Positions 22,169-33,610 of a stretch of DNA of 42,488 nucleotides are shown piece after piece. Position 1 is the first letter of the stretch, and every line of letters starts with the position of its first letter. The DNA comes from Octopus bimaculoides (taxonomy: Eukaryota): positions 59,013,916-59,056,403 of the forward strand of contig NC_068983.1 of NCBI RefSeq assembly GCF_001194135.2. Reading direction: 5' to 3'. The notes beneath the pieces were generated by a model. That model did not search any database. It was not told the origin of the DNA and was given only the letters and a program-made list of their open reading frames with translations. A program made the position numbers and the translations under genes.

Positions 22169-22511
22169 ACACAGACATTTGTAGGTGTTATTAAAACAGT
22201 CATAGGAAATTAAGGTTTTCAAATATCAAAAATCTTGTTTGTTTCCCAGAGTTCCTAATATACTTTCTTCTCGGCATTCATCATAACCAATTATAAACTC
22301 TAAGCAGCATCATACATAAAGAGGAATAAAGAAATGCTGAGTTTATGGCCGTGTTATAAATTGTGCTCTGAAATCTTCATGCATAAGATATACAAAGTGA
22401 GAATTAAAAAAAAAACGCTCTAAGAAAGAAATAGACCAGTTATATTTTTATATTATTTGGCAGATTATAACTGGTTGTGGCATAGAACTAATCAGAATCG
22501 TACTCTCAGTT

Positions 22512-22801
22512 GAGCTGGCGAGCTGGCAGAATCGTTACCCCACCGGGCGAAATGCTTAGTGGTATTTTGTCTGCCGTTAGGTTCTGAGTTCAAATTCCGC
22601 CGAGGTCAACTTTGCCTTTCATCCTTNNNNNNNNNNGGTTCTGAGTTCAAATTCCGCCGAGGTCAACTTTGCCTTTCATCCTTTCGGGGTTGATAAATTA
22701 AGTACCAGTTATGCACTGGGGTCGATGTAATCGACTTAATCCTTTTGTCTGTCCTTGTTTGTCCCCTCTATGTTTAGCCCCTTGTGGGCAATAAAGAAAT
22801 A
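22512..22801 (+). mobile_element. Young SINE-B variant with a perfect 18 bp TSD; 10-N gap at 22627-22636
   Basis: TSD agaatcgtactctcagtt at 22494-22511 and 22802-22819; distinct 3' tail ...atccttttgtctgtccttgtttgtcccctctatgtttagccccttgtgggcaataaagaaata. Confidence 0.92.
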
Positions 22802-22948
22802 AGAATCGTACTCTCAGTTTCATGGTGAATATTGAACATGGGAATATTGCCATCAGTTTTCTTAATGCAATAGTCACTCTGAAACCGTTGGCAACATTCT
22901 GACCAGTTGCATAGCAGAACCAGTAATACACTGCTTGACAATATATAA

Positions 22949-22949
<1 letters not shown>

Positions 22950-22981
<32 letters not shown>
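22950..22981. repeat. (TG)n microsatellite
   Basis: Perfect TG run. Confidence 0.95.
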
Positions 22982-22982
<1 letters not shown>

Positions 22983-23938
22983 ATTATAGACAAGCTAGTG
23001 TGTCATATTCTACATAGTTGCTTGATGTGATAGAATTTGAACTCAAGACATAAAGACAGACAAAATGCCACTAACAGACAACAACAACAACACTGACCTT
23101 CTGGTAGACAACATTTGTAATGCAGTCATGTATTTAGTTATTGATTTATTGTGTTTTCCAGGTCAGCTTTGACCTGAATAATTCAAATGCACCAACAGAA
23201 CAAGACAGAAGGAAATAATGCAGACATTCAATGTCTGAAGTGAAATGGTCAAGGGAATAAAGTATTGGACTACAGGAATTCATAGGTCAGGAGTTCAATC
23301 TACTTCAGATATTATAATGTAAGTTTATATAAGACTTATTACCATCTATTCTAGTTGATCAAAATTAATAATAACATAGGAAAATTCCCCTGGAATGCTG
23401 TCTGCAATGAAGAATATACATTTAAATGTAAGGTAATATATTTAATGTAGTGAAGCAAAAACGTGTTCTCATAAAAATTCCACCTGTATCATCATCATCA
23501 TCATCATAGTTCTAATGTTCATTTTTCCATGCTTGTATAAGTCACATGGAATTTATAGAGATACATTTCTGAAGCCTGAAGCCCTTCCTGTCACCAACTT
23601 GTACCTGTTTTCAGCTAGGCAATATTGCCCCATGGCCCCAGACATGTTTACACAGAATACTGAAAATGAATGGCACCACTTGTATGGCAATGATGTTCAT
23701 TAACAATTATCATGCTATGTCATCACAAGTGGACAGACATACAATCACATATATAAGATCCCTGGGACATCAAATAGAATGGTTTGTGAAATTTGTTCCA
23801 ACTCTTGGTGTTGAGAGTTCAAATTATATTAAGGTCAACTTTGCCATTCGTCCTTTTGGGGTTAACAAATAGAGTCTCAAACTAGAGAAGGAGATTGGTC
23901 AAATTGTTAGTAGTCATATTGCAATATCTTTTCTGACT

Positions 23939-24596
23939 TAAGGTGGTGAGCTGGCAGAGATGTTAGCATGACAGGCGAAATGCTTAACGGTATTTTGTCT
24001 GTTTTTATGTTCGGAGTTCAAATTGCCTTTCATCCTTTTGAGGTTGATAAATTAAGTACCAGTTGTGTACTAGGGGTTGATCTAATCAACTGGCCCCCTC
24101 CCCCAAAATTTCAGGCCTTGTGCCTAGATTAGAAAAGAATATCTCCTTTGACTTAAGATGGCAAGCTGGCTGGCAGAAACGTTAGCATGCTGGGTGAAAT
24201 GCTTAGCGGTATTTCGTCTGTCTTTACATTCTGAGTTCAAATTCTGCCGACGTCAACTTTGCCTTTTATCCTTTCAGGTTCGATAAATTAAGTATCACTT
24301 GCATACTGAAGTCGATCTAATCGACTAGTCCCCTCCCACAAAATTTCTGGCCTTGTACATAGAGTAGAAAAGATTAATTTATGCAATGGTGAACTGGCAG
24401 AAACATTAGCATGCTGGGTGAAATGCTTAACAGTATTTTGTCTGTCTTTACATTATGAGTTCAAATTCTGCTGAGGTCAACTTTGCCTTTCGTCCTTTCG
24501 GGGTTGATAAATTAAGTGCCAGTTGTGTACTGGGGTTGATCTAATTGACTGGGCCCCTCCCCCAAAATTTCGGGCCTTGTGCCTAGAGTAGAAAAG
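23939..24596 (+). mobile_element. Head-to-tail trimer of SINE-B
   Basis: Three ~210 bp copies (~23939-24137, ~24154-24375, ~24385-24596), each with A/B boxes, core and tail ggccttgtrcmtaga..agaaaaga. Confidence 0.9.
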
Positions 24597-25613
24597 AATA
24601 TCTCTTCTGACTCTTTGTGCTTAGAGTTCTAATCCTACCTCCTGTCACCAAGGGAAAAACAGTGTCAATTTTTTATGCTTTTATCAGGAATTGTTACTCA
24701 TAGAATCAAAATTTGAAAAAACTAAGAGGAAATACAGTTTCCTTGGTTTGACTGGAAGACCATCAGCAATGGATGTGATGTGATTTTAAGGCTTATTCAG
24801 AAGGTATGATCTTGTATGACCTTTTGGGGCTGATGAATTTGATATGATTGAAGTTTAATATGAACAGCAAGATTTTCTTGATTTGTTTTGTGTTTGTATT
24901 ACTGGAGGAAGAGGTGGTGCCTATAACTCTTGCTGGCTGTCCAATAACAGAGAGTTTGTCACCATTAATATTGCATTTAAACACAGAGAGGAAGAACATG
25001 AGCAGAGAGAAAATATTGCAGGGCCACTGTAGTTCTGGAGATGAAGAACTGGGCATAGGAGTTAATGCAAGGCCATGTAGAGGGTTTGGATGTGACAAAC
25101 ATGACAAGAGGTTAAGAGACATGTGGGTCAGGGATGTCCAAGCTGCAAAGAAACAAGACCAACTGGCGCTGAGTAACAGAGGCCATTATAGTTGACATTT
25201 GCAAGGGAAAAATATAGAGACAGAGAAAATGATTTTTCCGAAAAGGAACGATGTTCCAAGAGAAGAAAGAAAGAAGGAAAATAATTGATAAATACAAGAA
25301 CTAAAAATGGAGGAGGGGCAAGGAGGGAAAGACTTTGATTGATGCAGTAAGACACTGTAACGAAGAACAGCAGAAGAATGGTAATGGTGGTAAAAGAAGA
25401 GAGGTTGGGGTGTGGCGAAAGCATGAAGTAAATCTAAAACACGTGGGTTTCAGTGGAAAATGTCATACAGAATTTCTTTATAGGGCTTCACTGAGCAAAA
25501 ATCATTTGCCGTTTTGCTTTGCTTGAGAAGAATAAGAGAAGATCCAAACAACTCTGTTCTTTGTTGTTGTTTTTTCTGTTGCTATTTTACCATGCTGCTT
25601 TTCTTCTTAACCA

Positions 25614-25686
25614 TTTTCTTCTTCTTCTTCTTCTTCTTCTTCTTCTTCTTCTTCTTCTTCTTCTTCTTCTTCTTCTGCTTCTTCTT
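25614..25686. repeat. (CTT)n microsatellite
   Basis: Long CTT run; source of the poly-F and poly-L ORFs. Confidence 0.95.
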
Positions 25687-25991
25687 ATTCTACCTGGTGT
25701 TTCTTGCATTATTTATGGTGGTTCTACTTTCACTTTTCTTTTGGTTCGTTAAGAATTGATTCCAAATCAATGCAATAAAACATACATAATTGCAAACAAA
25801 CAAACAATTTCTCATCAACAAGAGACTTTTGTACTGATTGTTTTTTGTTTTATTTTTAACATTTTCTTTTTCTTTTTTTAGTCTTTGTCCTTTCTATTTT
25901 TTCTTTTACCTTCAGTTCTTTCGGAGAATTTCAGACTACAAGCATCGGAGAAAGTTTTGCTAAATTAAACTCCCAAAATTTACAAATATTG

Positions 25992-26200
25992 CAACCACCA
26001 TCACCACCACCACTGCTGCTGCTGCTGCTGCTGCTACTACCACTGTTCATGCGCCTGCTACTTTTACTCCTGCCTCTATTACAGCTTCTGCAGCTCTACT
26101 ACTACCACCACTACCCCAGCTGCTACTCTCATTACCATTACTCTCTTACTGCAACTACCACCATTGTAGCTGCTGCTGCTACTACGGTCTCTACCATCTC
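25992..26200. repeat. Cryptic triplet repeat (ACC/GCT/ACT)
   Basis: Mosaic of (ACC)n, (GCT)n and (ACT)n with frame slips. Confidence 0.8.
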
Positions 26201-26299
26201 AACTAACCATAGACTTAGAAGCATAATTCTCTTCTTTGGCAAGGAACCCACACGTTTTAGAAATTCTCTTCTTTAAGAATCCTTTTATGAATGTTATAA

Positions 26300-26713
26300 T
26301 AATAGTTTCAACTTTGACACAAGGCCAGCAGTTTTAGAGGAGGTGAGAGGTAGGTCAATTTATTGACCCTGAAAGGATGAAAAGTAAAATCGACCTCGGT
26401 GGAATTAGAACTCAGAACATAAAGATGGATGAAATACCATTAAGCATTTTGCCCAGCGTGTTAATGATTCTGCCTGCTCACTGCCTTAATGACAATTATT
26501 ATTCTGGGCACAAGGCCTTGAAAATTTGGTAGGGGGAGGGGGCTAGTGAATTGCATTGATCTCAGTATGTAACTGGTACTTATTTCATCGACCATGAAAG
26601 GACGAAAGGCGAAGTCAACCTCAGCAGAAATTGAACTCAGAACATAGCAGCAGACAAAATACCACTAGGTATTTCACCCGGCATACTAACGATTCTGCCA
26701 GCTCACCACCTCT

Positions 26714-26751
<38 letters not shown>

Positions 26752-26965
26752 CTTTTCTGCTATGGGTAAAAGGCCAGCAAGTTTGGGGGAGGGGGTTAGT
26801 CAATTACATCGACCCCAGTACGTAACTGGTACTTATTTTATTGACCTTGAAAGGATGAAAGGCAAAGTCAACGTCTGCAGGATTTGAACTCAGAACATAA
26901 CGACAGGCAAAATGCCATGAAGCATTTTATCTGGGATGCTGACGCTTCTTCCAGCTCACTGCCTT
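26300..26965 (-). mobile_element. Three consecutive SINE-B copies on the minus strand
   Basis: ~26300-26490, ~26500-26712 and ~26752-26965, each with gaaaggatgaaa..caaagtc..cctc..gaa.ttgaactcagaac and ttctgcc.gctca; (AAT)n spacer at 26716-26750. Confidence 0.88.
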
Positions 26966-26999
26966 TGTGAATGATGTAAATAATGGCATTAAAATACCA

Positions 27000-27141
27000 C
27001 TATTACTACTACTACTACTAATAATAATAATAATTAAAACTGCTTCTGCAATGACAACTATTGCAACTGTTGCCACTACAAGTAGTAGTAGTAGTTGTAG
27101 TAGTTGTAGTAGTAATAGTAGTAAAAGCAACAGCAGCAGAA

Positions 27142-27183
<42 letters not shown>
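27000..27183. repeat. Compound (TAC)/(TAA)/(TAG) microsatellites
   Basis: Triplet runs. Confidence 0.9.
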
Positions 27184-28070
27184 ACCTCCTTCCTCTTTGT
27201 CAGCTAGCAAATCACTTAATATGCTGGCTGTCAATAACCACTTATTACTTTAGTGAAATGCCAAAAGCTCATCTACTATGGACATGTACCCTTCTGCAAT
27301 TCCAATGATGTTGATGATGATGATGTGGTAGTGATAGTGGTGATGATGAGTTCAGTATCTTGTGATTGGGTGTTCAAGTCTGAGTGAAATATCATGACAA
27401 TATCCCATTAAATGCTGTGTTGAAAGTAATACAAGATATTAACATTTCATGAAACAAAAACTGCCACTTAATTTCAGGGACCACTTGCAACATTAAACCC
27501 TATTCTGACCCTGTCTCTAACGAAATATATTGAGCATGTCTTTTAATATGTTTCAAGGACAGCGGCCATGCCCTCTTTACAGGGCCTCAGAGACTGGGAG
27601 GGAAAACAGAGGACATGCTCCTCAAATTGGCAAATTGACCTGCATGTCAAGTGTACTCTACTACAGGAATATATAGGTCAAATGGTTGCATTAAGTCAGA
27701 TGCCATGTAATTTGAAGAACTGGAATAATATATCCAACATTTTTCCAAAGAATTTCTGCCAAGCAAATTTCACTCACAAGACTTTGGTTGGCTGCCAATC
27801 TGAAGCTATTATCGAAAATGCCCACTCAAATCTACAGTACTTTGCAGAGGGATTGAACCCATAGTCACAAAGATGCAAAACACACTTCTCAACCCCAGAA
27901 ACATGAATGGTTCATATAAATTAATGTTTTGCTTTACAAAGACAAAAAAGTAACAGGAGGGACAGATTTTATACCGTAAATAGAAATTAGCATTTTCCAA
28001 AACGAAGTGGCAAGCCAGCAGATTCGTTAGCGTGCCAGACAAAATGCTTGGTGGCATTTCTTTTGACTTT

Positions 28071-28896
28071 ACATTCATCATCATCATCTACTATTCTTTG
28101 TCCATGCTGGCATGAGTTGGACAGTTTGGACCAAGTCTGGAAAGCTGCACCAGACTCCAGTCTGATTTGGCATGGCTTCCACAGCTGGATGCCCTTCCTT
28201 ACAACCACTCTGAGAGTGTAACGAGTGCCTTTCCGTGCCACCAGCAGGGGTGCCAATTGCATGCCACTAGTATCTTCCATGACTACGATTTCCCTTGGCT
28301 TGATGGGTTTTCTACTCATGCACAGCATATTGCCAAAGGTCTCGGTCATTTGTCATTGCCTTTGTGAGGCCCAATGCTCAAAAGGTGTGTTTTATTTGCC
28401 ACCGGCATGGTTACCAGGGTACCTTACACTAGCATCGGCCACATTGTCTCTATGAGGTCCAGCACTCAAAAGGTGCTTTTTACATGTCACCAGTATGGAT
28501 GCCAATTACATGATACTGGCATCAGCCATTTCTATGGTTTCACTTGGCTTGACAGGTCTTCTCAAGCACGGCATATTACCAAAGGTCTTGGTCACTTGTC
28601 ATTGATTCTGTGAGGCCCAATTTTCAAAGGTTGATTCTTTATGTGTCACCAGCATGAGTGCACTTGGCTTGGTAGGTCGTCTCAAGCACAGCACATCACC
28701 AAAGGTCTTGGTCACTAGTCATTGCCTCTGTGAGGCCCAATTTTCAAAGCTCAAGCTTCACCACCTTGTCCTATGTCTCCCTGAATCTACCTCTTCCATA
28801 GGTTCCCTCCACAGTTATAGATCAGTATTTCTATACACAGCTGTCCTCATCCATACGCATTACATGACCATCCCAGCAAAGTTATCTCCCTTGCAC
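28071..28896 (-). mobile_element. 5'-truncated RTE LINE: ORF2 C-terminus, tandemly re-duplicated 3' region and (GAT)n tail
   Basis: Minus strand VQGR*LCWDGHVMRMDEDSCV*KY*SITVEGTYGRGRFRET*DKVVKLEL*KLGLTEAMTSDQDLW*CAVLETTYQAK, matching the RTE pattern RLRWYGHV.RM...V.G...RGRPR.TW....DR..WR. Confidence 0.88.
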
Positions 28897-28951
28897 AACT
28901 GTGCTGGTATGGTCATGTGATGTGTATGGACAAGGACAGCTGTGTAAAGAA
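28829..28951. repeat. Fold-back hairpin, 55 bp arms, 13 nt loop
   Basis: 28829-28883 vs the reverse complement of 28897-28951: about 7 mismatches in 55 bp. Confidence 0.92.
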
Positions 28952-29440
28952 GTGCCAATTCCCCTGAAGTCGACTTTGCCTTTCGTCCTTTCAGGGGTCG
29001 ATAAAATAAGTACCAGTTGACCATTGGAGATGATTTAATTGACTTACCCCCTCCCCTCAAAATTGCTGGCCTTGTGCCAAAATTTGAAACCAATATTTTT
29101 CAAAATCTTAATGTTTTTCCTTTGAGCAGATTCTTTAAGAAAAGTATGTAAATCTTGCATTAGTTTTGACAATGAGAATAATGAGAATCCAGTTGCTCAA
29201 GTAACTGCTGTACCTACTCGTAAAATTAATGAGTAAGTGGTTGAGTATTCCACAGTCGTATGTACTTTTAATCCTTTTGATATAAACCCACCTGAGACTG
29301 CCTTAGATCTATTAATCAAATTTAATGATTTCATTTAAAAACTGATATAAATTAAAATCTTCTGTCACAAACGCATGTTTATTTATGGTCTAAACACCAG
29401 CTTAATAATGGCCAAGTTATTTCATGAAATTCTTCATTAT

Positions 29441-30330
29441 ATAGCGCAGGTTTGGCTGTGTGGTAAGAAGTTTGCTTGTAGACTATATGCTTTTGGGTTC
29501 AGTCCCAGTGCATGGCATCTTGGACAAGTGTCTTCCACTATAGCCTCAGGTGATTAAAGTCTTATTAGTGGATTAGGTAGGCAGAAACTGAAATAAGCCC
29601 ATCATGCATATATCTGTATGTGTCTTTGTGCTTTTGCTTATCTCCTATCATTGCTTGGCAACCAGTGTTGGTGTGTTCACATCCCTGTAACTTAGCAGTT
29701 TGGCAAAAAAGACTGATAGAATAAGTATCAGGCTTAAAAAAGAAAAACTGTACCAGGATCCTTTTATTTGATTAAAATTCTTCAGGGCAATGCTCCAGTC
29801 TATTGAATGGCCATAGTCTATTGAATGAAACTAATTTAAAAAATTCAAATTTAATTGAAACAAAAGCAGTGTATTTTAACAGAAATATGATAAAGAAGAG
29901 GATTTTTGACCTTGAAAGGTCATGGAATGAACAAGACAATGAATTATACCTAAAAGAACATTGGTTTACTAAAATTGATATCACGAAAGAAGCTTGTTTC
30001 CCAACCACATGATTCCAGGTTCAGTTCTACTGTATGGCACCTTGGGCAAATGTCTTCTATTAATAGTCTTGGACCAACCAAAGCCTTGTGAGTGGATTAG
30101 ATAGCTGGTAACTGAAAGAAGCCCATCATGTGTGTTTGTCCTCCACACTGCTTTTGCAACCGGTGTTGGTGTCTTTACATCCCTGTAACTTAGCAGTTTG
30201 GCAAAAGAGACCAATAGAATAAGTACGTGGCTTATAAAAAGCATCAGGGTTGATTCATTCATCTAAAATGTTTTCAGGTGTTGCCCCAGCATGGCCACAA
30301 TCTAAAGACTGAAACAAGTAAAAGATAAAA
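29441..30330 (+). mobile_element. Two SINE-A copies (~29441-29755; ~29985-30330, 5'-truncated)
   Basis: Head, body and tail motifs as in the other copies. Confidence 0.82.
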
Positions 30331-32654
30331 TATAACATCCAATTTAGAATAGAAGATTCTGATTCTTTACCCTAAGGAGAATTCTTCAAAATTCGAATAA
30401 TAAATTTGACAGTGAAAAGACAGAGTGTGACTACAAAATCTTCAGAAGGTGCTTGGTTGTTTCTTACTCCAGAATTAGAAATAAAGAAAGAAAATAATAG
30501 TTTTGTTGTGTTTTCTCTTCTTTCTTTTAGCATTGAAAAATTCTGATGATACATCATCATTTATGACCAACTTCTATCTGGAAAAACATAAGAAAAGATT
30601 AATTTTATTTCTTAACCAGTCATGACTAAACAGAATTTTACCAAAGGCACTGCTTTCCTCCCAGGAGAAAACTTAATGAAGATTATAGTGAAAAAAAAAG
30701 CAAAAAACAAAAAACTAAGCTTAAATCATTTTTCTTTATTTGAAAGTTTGCAAAAGTTTGTTTTTCAATCTTCCCTAGATATATATTTCTGTTCATTGTG
30801 TTGCTTTTACCGTTTTTGTTTTGCTTTTATCTCCTGGCTTTTTCTTTCTGATACTTCTGAATTATATCTTTTAATTTGTGTGATTAAAACCTGACTAATC
30901 TCTCCCACATCTCTTGAAAGACATTTTCTTGGAACCATTCTTGAAAGGCTATCAATCAAATATATCTACATTATGAGAGTTTATACATATGCTTTTTATT
31001 ATTTAGACATGCTTTTTTCTATTATTTTCTCCATTCTTTTTTTTTTAGCCTTATATTTCTAAGAGAAATGAATATATATATATGGATATACAAACAGACA
31101 CATTTCCTATATACATACATATATATATAATAAAAAGAAATGGTGAAAATTGTGATGACTTTCCAAAAAAACAGTATTAACTTGTCATGTATATTAATAT
31201 TTTACGTTCACTAAAGACACCTATTCGGACATAATTTTTGTTGATAAATCTCCTCAGTGCTGCATACATTAATGGAAGTTTTAATTTTTTTCTTTTTCTC
31301 TCTGTTATATGCATCTACAAACACATTTATCAATCATTTTGCATTAAAACTATCCCGAATGGGTATTTAGCTTTAGTTTTTTTGTTGCTTTTTCGTTTTT
31401 GGTTTTTGTAGGGTTTTTTCTGTTTCTAAACTTTTCCTTTTTTCATCTTCCAGTATATTTTTAATATTTTCTGCTCCATGTTATTATTGTGTATTTTCTC
31501 TTCACTTAAGTGATTTTTCTTTTTTTATAATGCATGTGCAGAGTGGAAACTGTGCTTTTGTGCTAAGATGTTGGAGATATTAACTATGAAGAAGTAACAA
31601 GAAATTTGGGTAAAAATATCATTGCCTTTATTGAAACAGAAGGAATGTTCTCAAATTTGTTTTTGTTTTGTAAAAATTCATGTCTGAATGAACAACTTCA
31701 TCATACAATTGATTTTATTACATACATATTGCTATAAGCAATATGAATAAAACATTTTCTCCCTCTACTTTATTTTCCTTCATTATATTCATAATATTTC
31801 TGTTAATATTGTGGCTACAGAAAGGCTACCTGACAGACACAGTAATCTTAGCATGGACCTTCACAAGTAGGATTAACAGATAAAGAACAGAACAAAAAAA
31901 GCCAGTATTATGAGATCTGAAGAAACGTTACCTTAAGGTACATAGAATACCAGGAAACATTAAGTAAGACTAATACACCGCTTCACAAAGAAGCTACATC
32001 AATGGCATCAGAATAAATAGAGTAGAAATCTCTTGAAGTTTTGGTAATATGGATAAATCTATGACAAATAACACAAATACCAGTCTTGAAAGAGACAGAA
32101 AAATGCTTCTACAGGGTGCGTCAAAAAAAATTTTTATAGACTGACAAACATTTCAACAGTAAATGCTGTTAGTATTGGTTCAAACCATGAGGATAGCTGA
32201 CAAAAAAAAATGGTAAAACATAACCTACATGAAGACATTGTTATTATTTGTCTAACTAGCATCATACTGACAGATGTATAAAATAGGAGATGCTTTTCTG
32301 TTGCATCCTAAATGTTATCAGTTAATTTGGTAAAAATGAGCTGGTTATCATGACCAAAGTTTAGACATTGTAATGAGAAATGGCCCATGTTATCACAGGG
32401 TCTCTTAAATGTTCTGTGTCCCTGGATAAACTTCAGGCATGCAGGAAAAATAGTTTCCATGTTGTCACGATATATATGAATGGGAAGGGTTTATGTATGT
32501 GTGTTCTGTGCATCTATGTATTTGTGTGAATGACTTCATATTTCTGCTTGTCTTCACATGTGCTTGCTGACTATAAACAACAGTACAGGTAGTGCCCTTC
32601 GCTTGCAGTCAACTGCAAAAGCATATCCAGGTTTCTTGACATGTTGTGCAATAG

Positions 32655-32823
32655 GCGTAGGAGTGGCTGTGTGGTAAGTAGCTTGCTTACGAACCACATG
32701 GTTCTGGGTTCAGTCCCACGGCATGACACCTTGGGCAAGTGTCTTCTACTATAGCCTCGGGCCGACCAAAGCCTTGTGAGTGGATTTGGTAGACAGAACT
32801 GAAAAAAGCCTGTCATGTATATG

Positions 32824-32922
<99 letters not shown>

Positions 32923-33138
32923 TTATGTGTCTGTGTTTATCCCCTCTCCCAACATCGCTTGACAACTGATGCTGGTGTGTTTACGTCCCCGTTACTTAGA
33001 TGTTTGGCAAGAGAGACTGATAAAATAAGTACTAGACTTGCAAAGAATAAGTCCTGGGGGTCGATTTGCTCGACTAAAGGTGTAGCTCCAGCATGGCCAC
33101 AGTCAAAATGACTGAAACAAGTAAAAGAGTAAAGAGTA
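32655..33138 (+). mobile_element. SINE-A, well preserved, with a long internal (TG)n
   Basis: Complete head to tail; (TA)n(TG)n tract at ~32820-32920; tail gaaacaagtaaaagagtaaagagt. Confidence 0.93.
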
Positions 33139-33235
33139 ACAAAAGTCTTATTGAAATGATATCATTTGTTTACTGTCCTCCACGTAACTATATCTAGGCT
33201 GTCAGTTGTTTGATAGTCTATGAGATGAATAACTC

Positions 33236-33610
33236 TGTCGGTTACAACAACAAGGGTTCCAGTTGATCCGATCAACGGAACAGCCTGCTCATTAAATTAA
33301 CGTGCAAGTAGCTGAGCACTCCACAGACACATGTACACTTAACGTAGTTCTTGGGGAGATTAAGCATGACACAGATTGTGACAAGGCCGGCCCTTTTGAA
33401 ATACCGGTACTACAGAAACAAGAAGACAATGTGAGAGAATGTTATGGTAAAAGAGTACAGCAGGGTTTGCCACCTCCCCCTGCTGGAGCCTTGTGGAGCT
33501 TTAGGTGTTTTTGCTCAATAAGCACTCAACAACGCCCGGTCTGGGAATCAAAACCACAATCCCATGACTGCGAATCCACTGCCCTAACCACTGGGCCATT
33601 GCACCTCCAC
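33236..33610 (-). mobile_element. tRNA-derived SINE with a SINE-C-related head and a different body
   Basis: Minus strand gtggaggtgcaatggcccagtggttagggcagtggattcgcagtcatgggattgtggttttgattcccagaccgggcg..ttgagcaaaaacacc. Confidence 0.8.

Larger units (their letters stand above)
28003..29094 (+). mobile_element. SINE-B split by an RTE insertion (head 28003-28070, remainder 28958-29094)
   Basis: The head ends ...gactttacattc and resumes aattcccctgaagtcgactttgcc; ~8 bp of the B-box (tgagttca) is missing. Possible SINE TSD attttccaaaa (27992-28002) / atttttcaaaa (29095-29105). Confidence 0.8.

Noticed and set aside
23161-23217. Possible terminal exon VSFDLNNSNAPTEQDRRK*
   Set aside because: Only a plausible acceptor and 18 codons; unsupported.
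24848-25195. 115 aa ORF with a hydrophobic N-terminus resembling a signal peptide
   Set aside because: No recognisable family; another frame gives ...NKTNWR*VTEAI, resembling a decayed LINE C-terminus.
25514-27308. Poly-F, -L, -V, -S and -A ORFs
   Set aside because: Translations of (CTT)n, (GCT)n and (TAG)n microsatellites.
28300-28770. CRISPR-like repeat-spacer appearance
   Set aside because: The units are degenerate RTE ORF-end duplications in a eukaryotic context, with no constant repeat, no unique spacers and no cas genes.
29803-30012. 69 aa ORF and the TGACCTtgaaAGGTCA palindrome
   Set aside because: The ORF runs into a SINE-A and has no homology I recognise; TGACCT/AGGTCA words are common in mollusc repeats, so a nuclear-receptor element is not supported.
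31540-31615. Possible micro-exon DVGDINYEEVTRNLG
   Set aside because: Weak splice sites and no linked exons.
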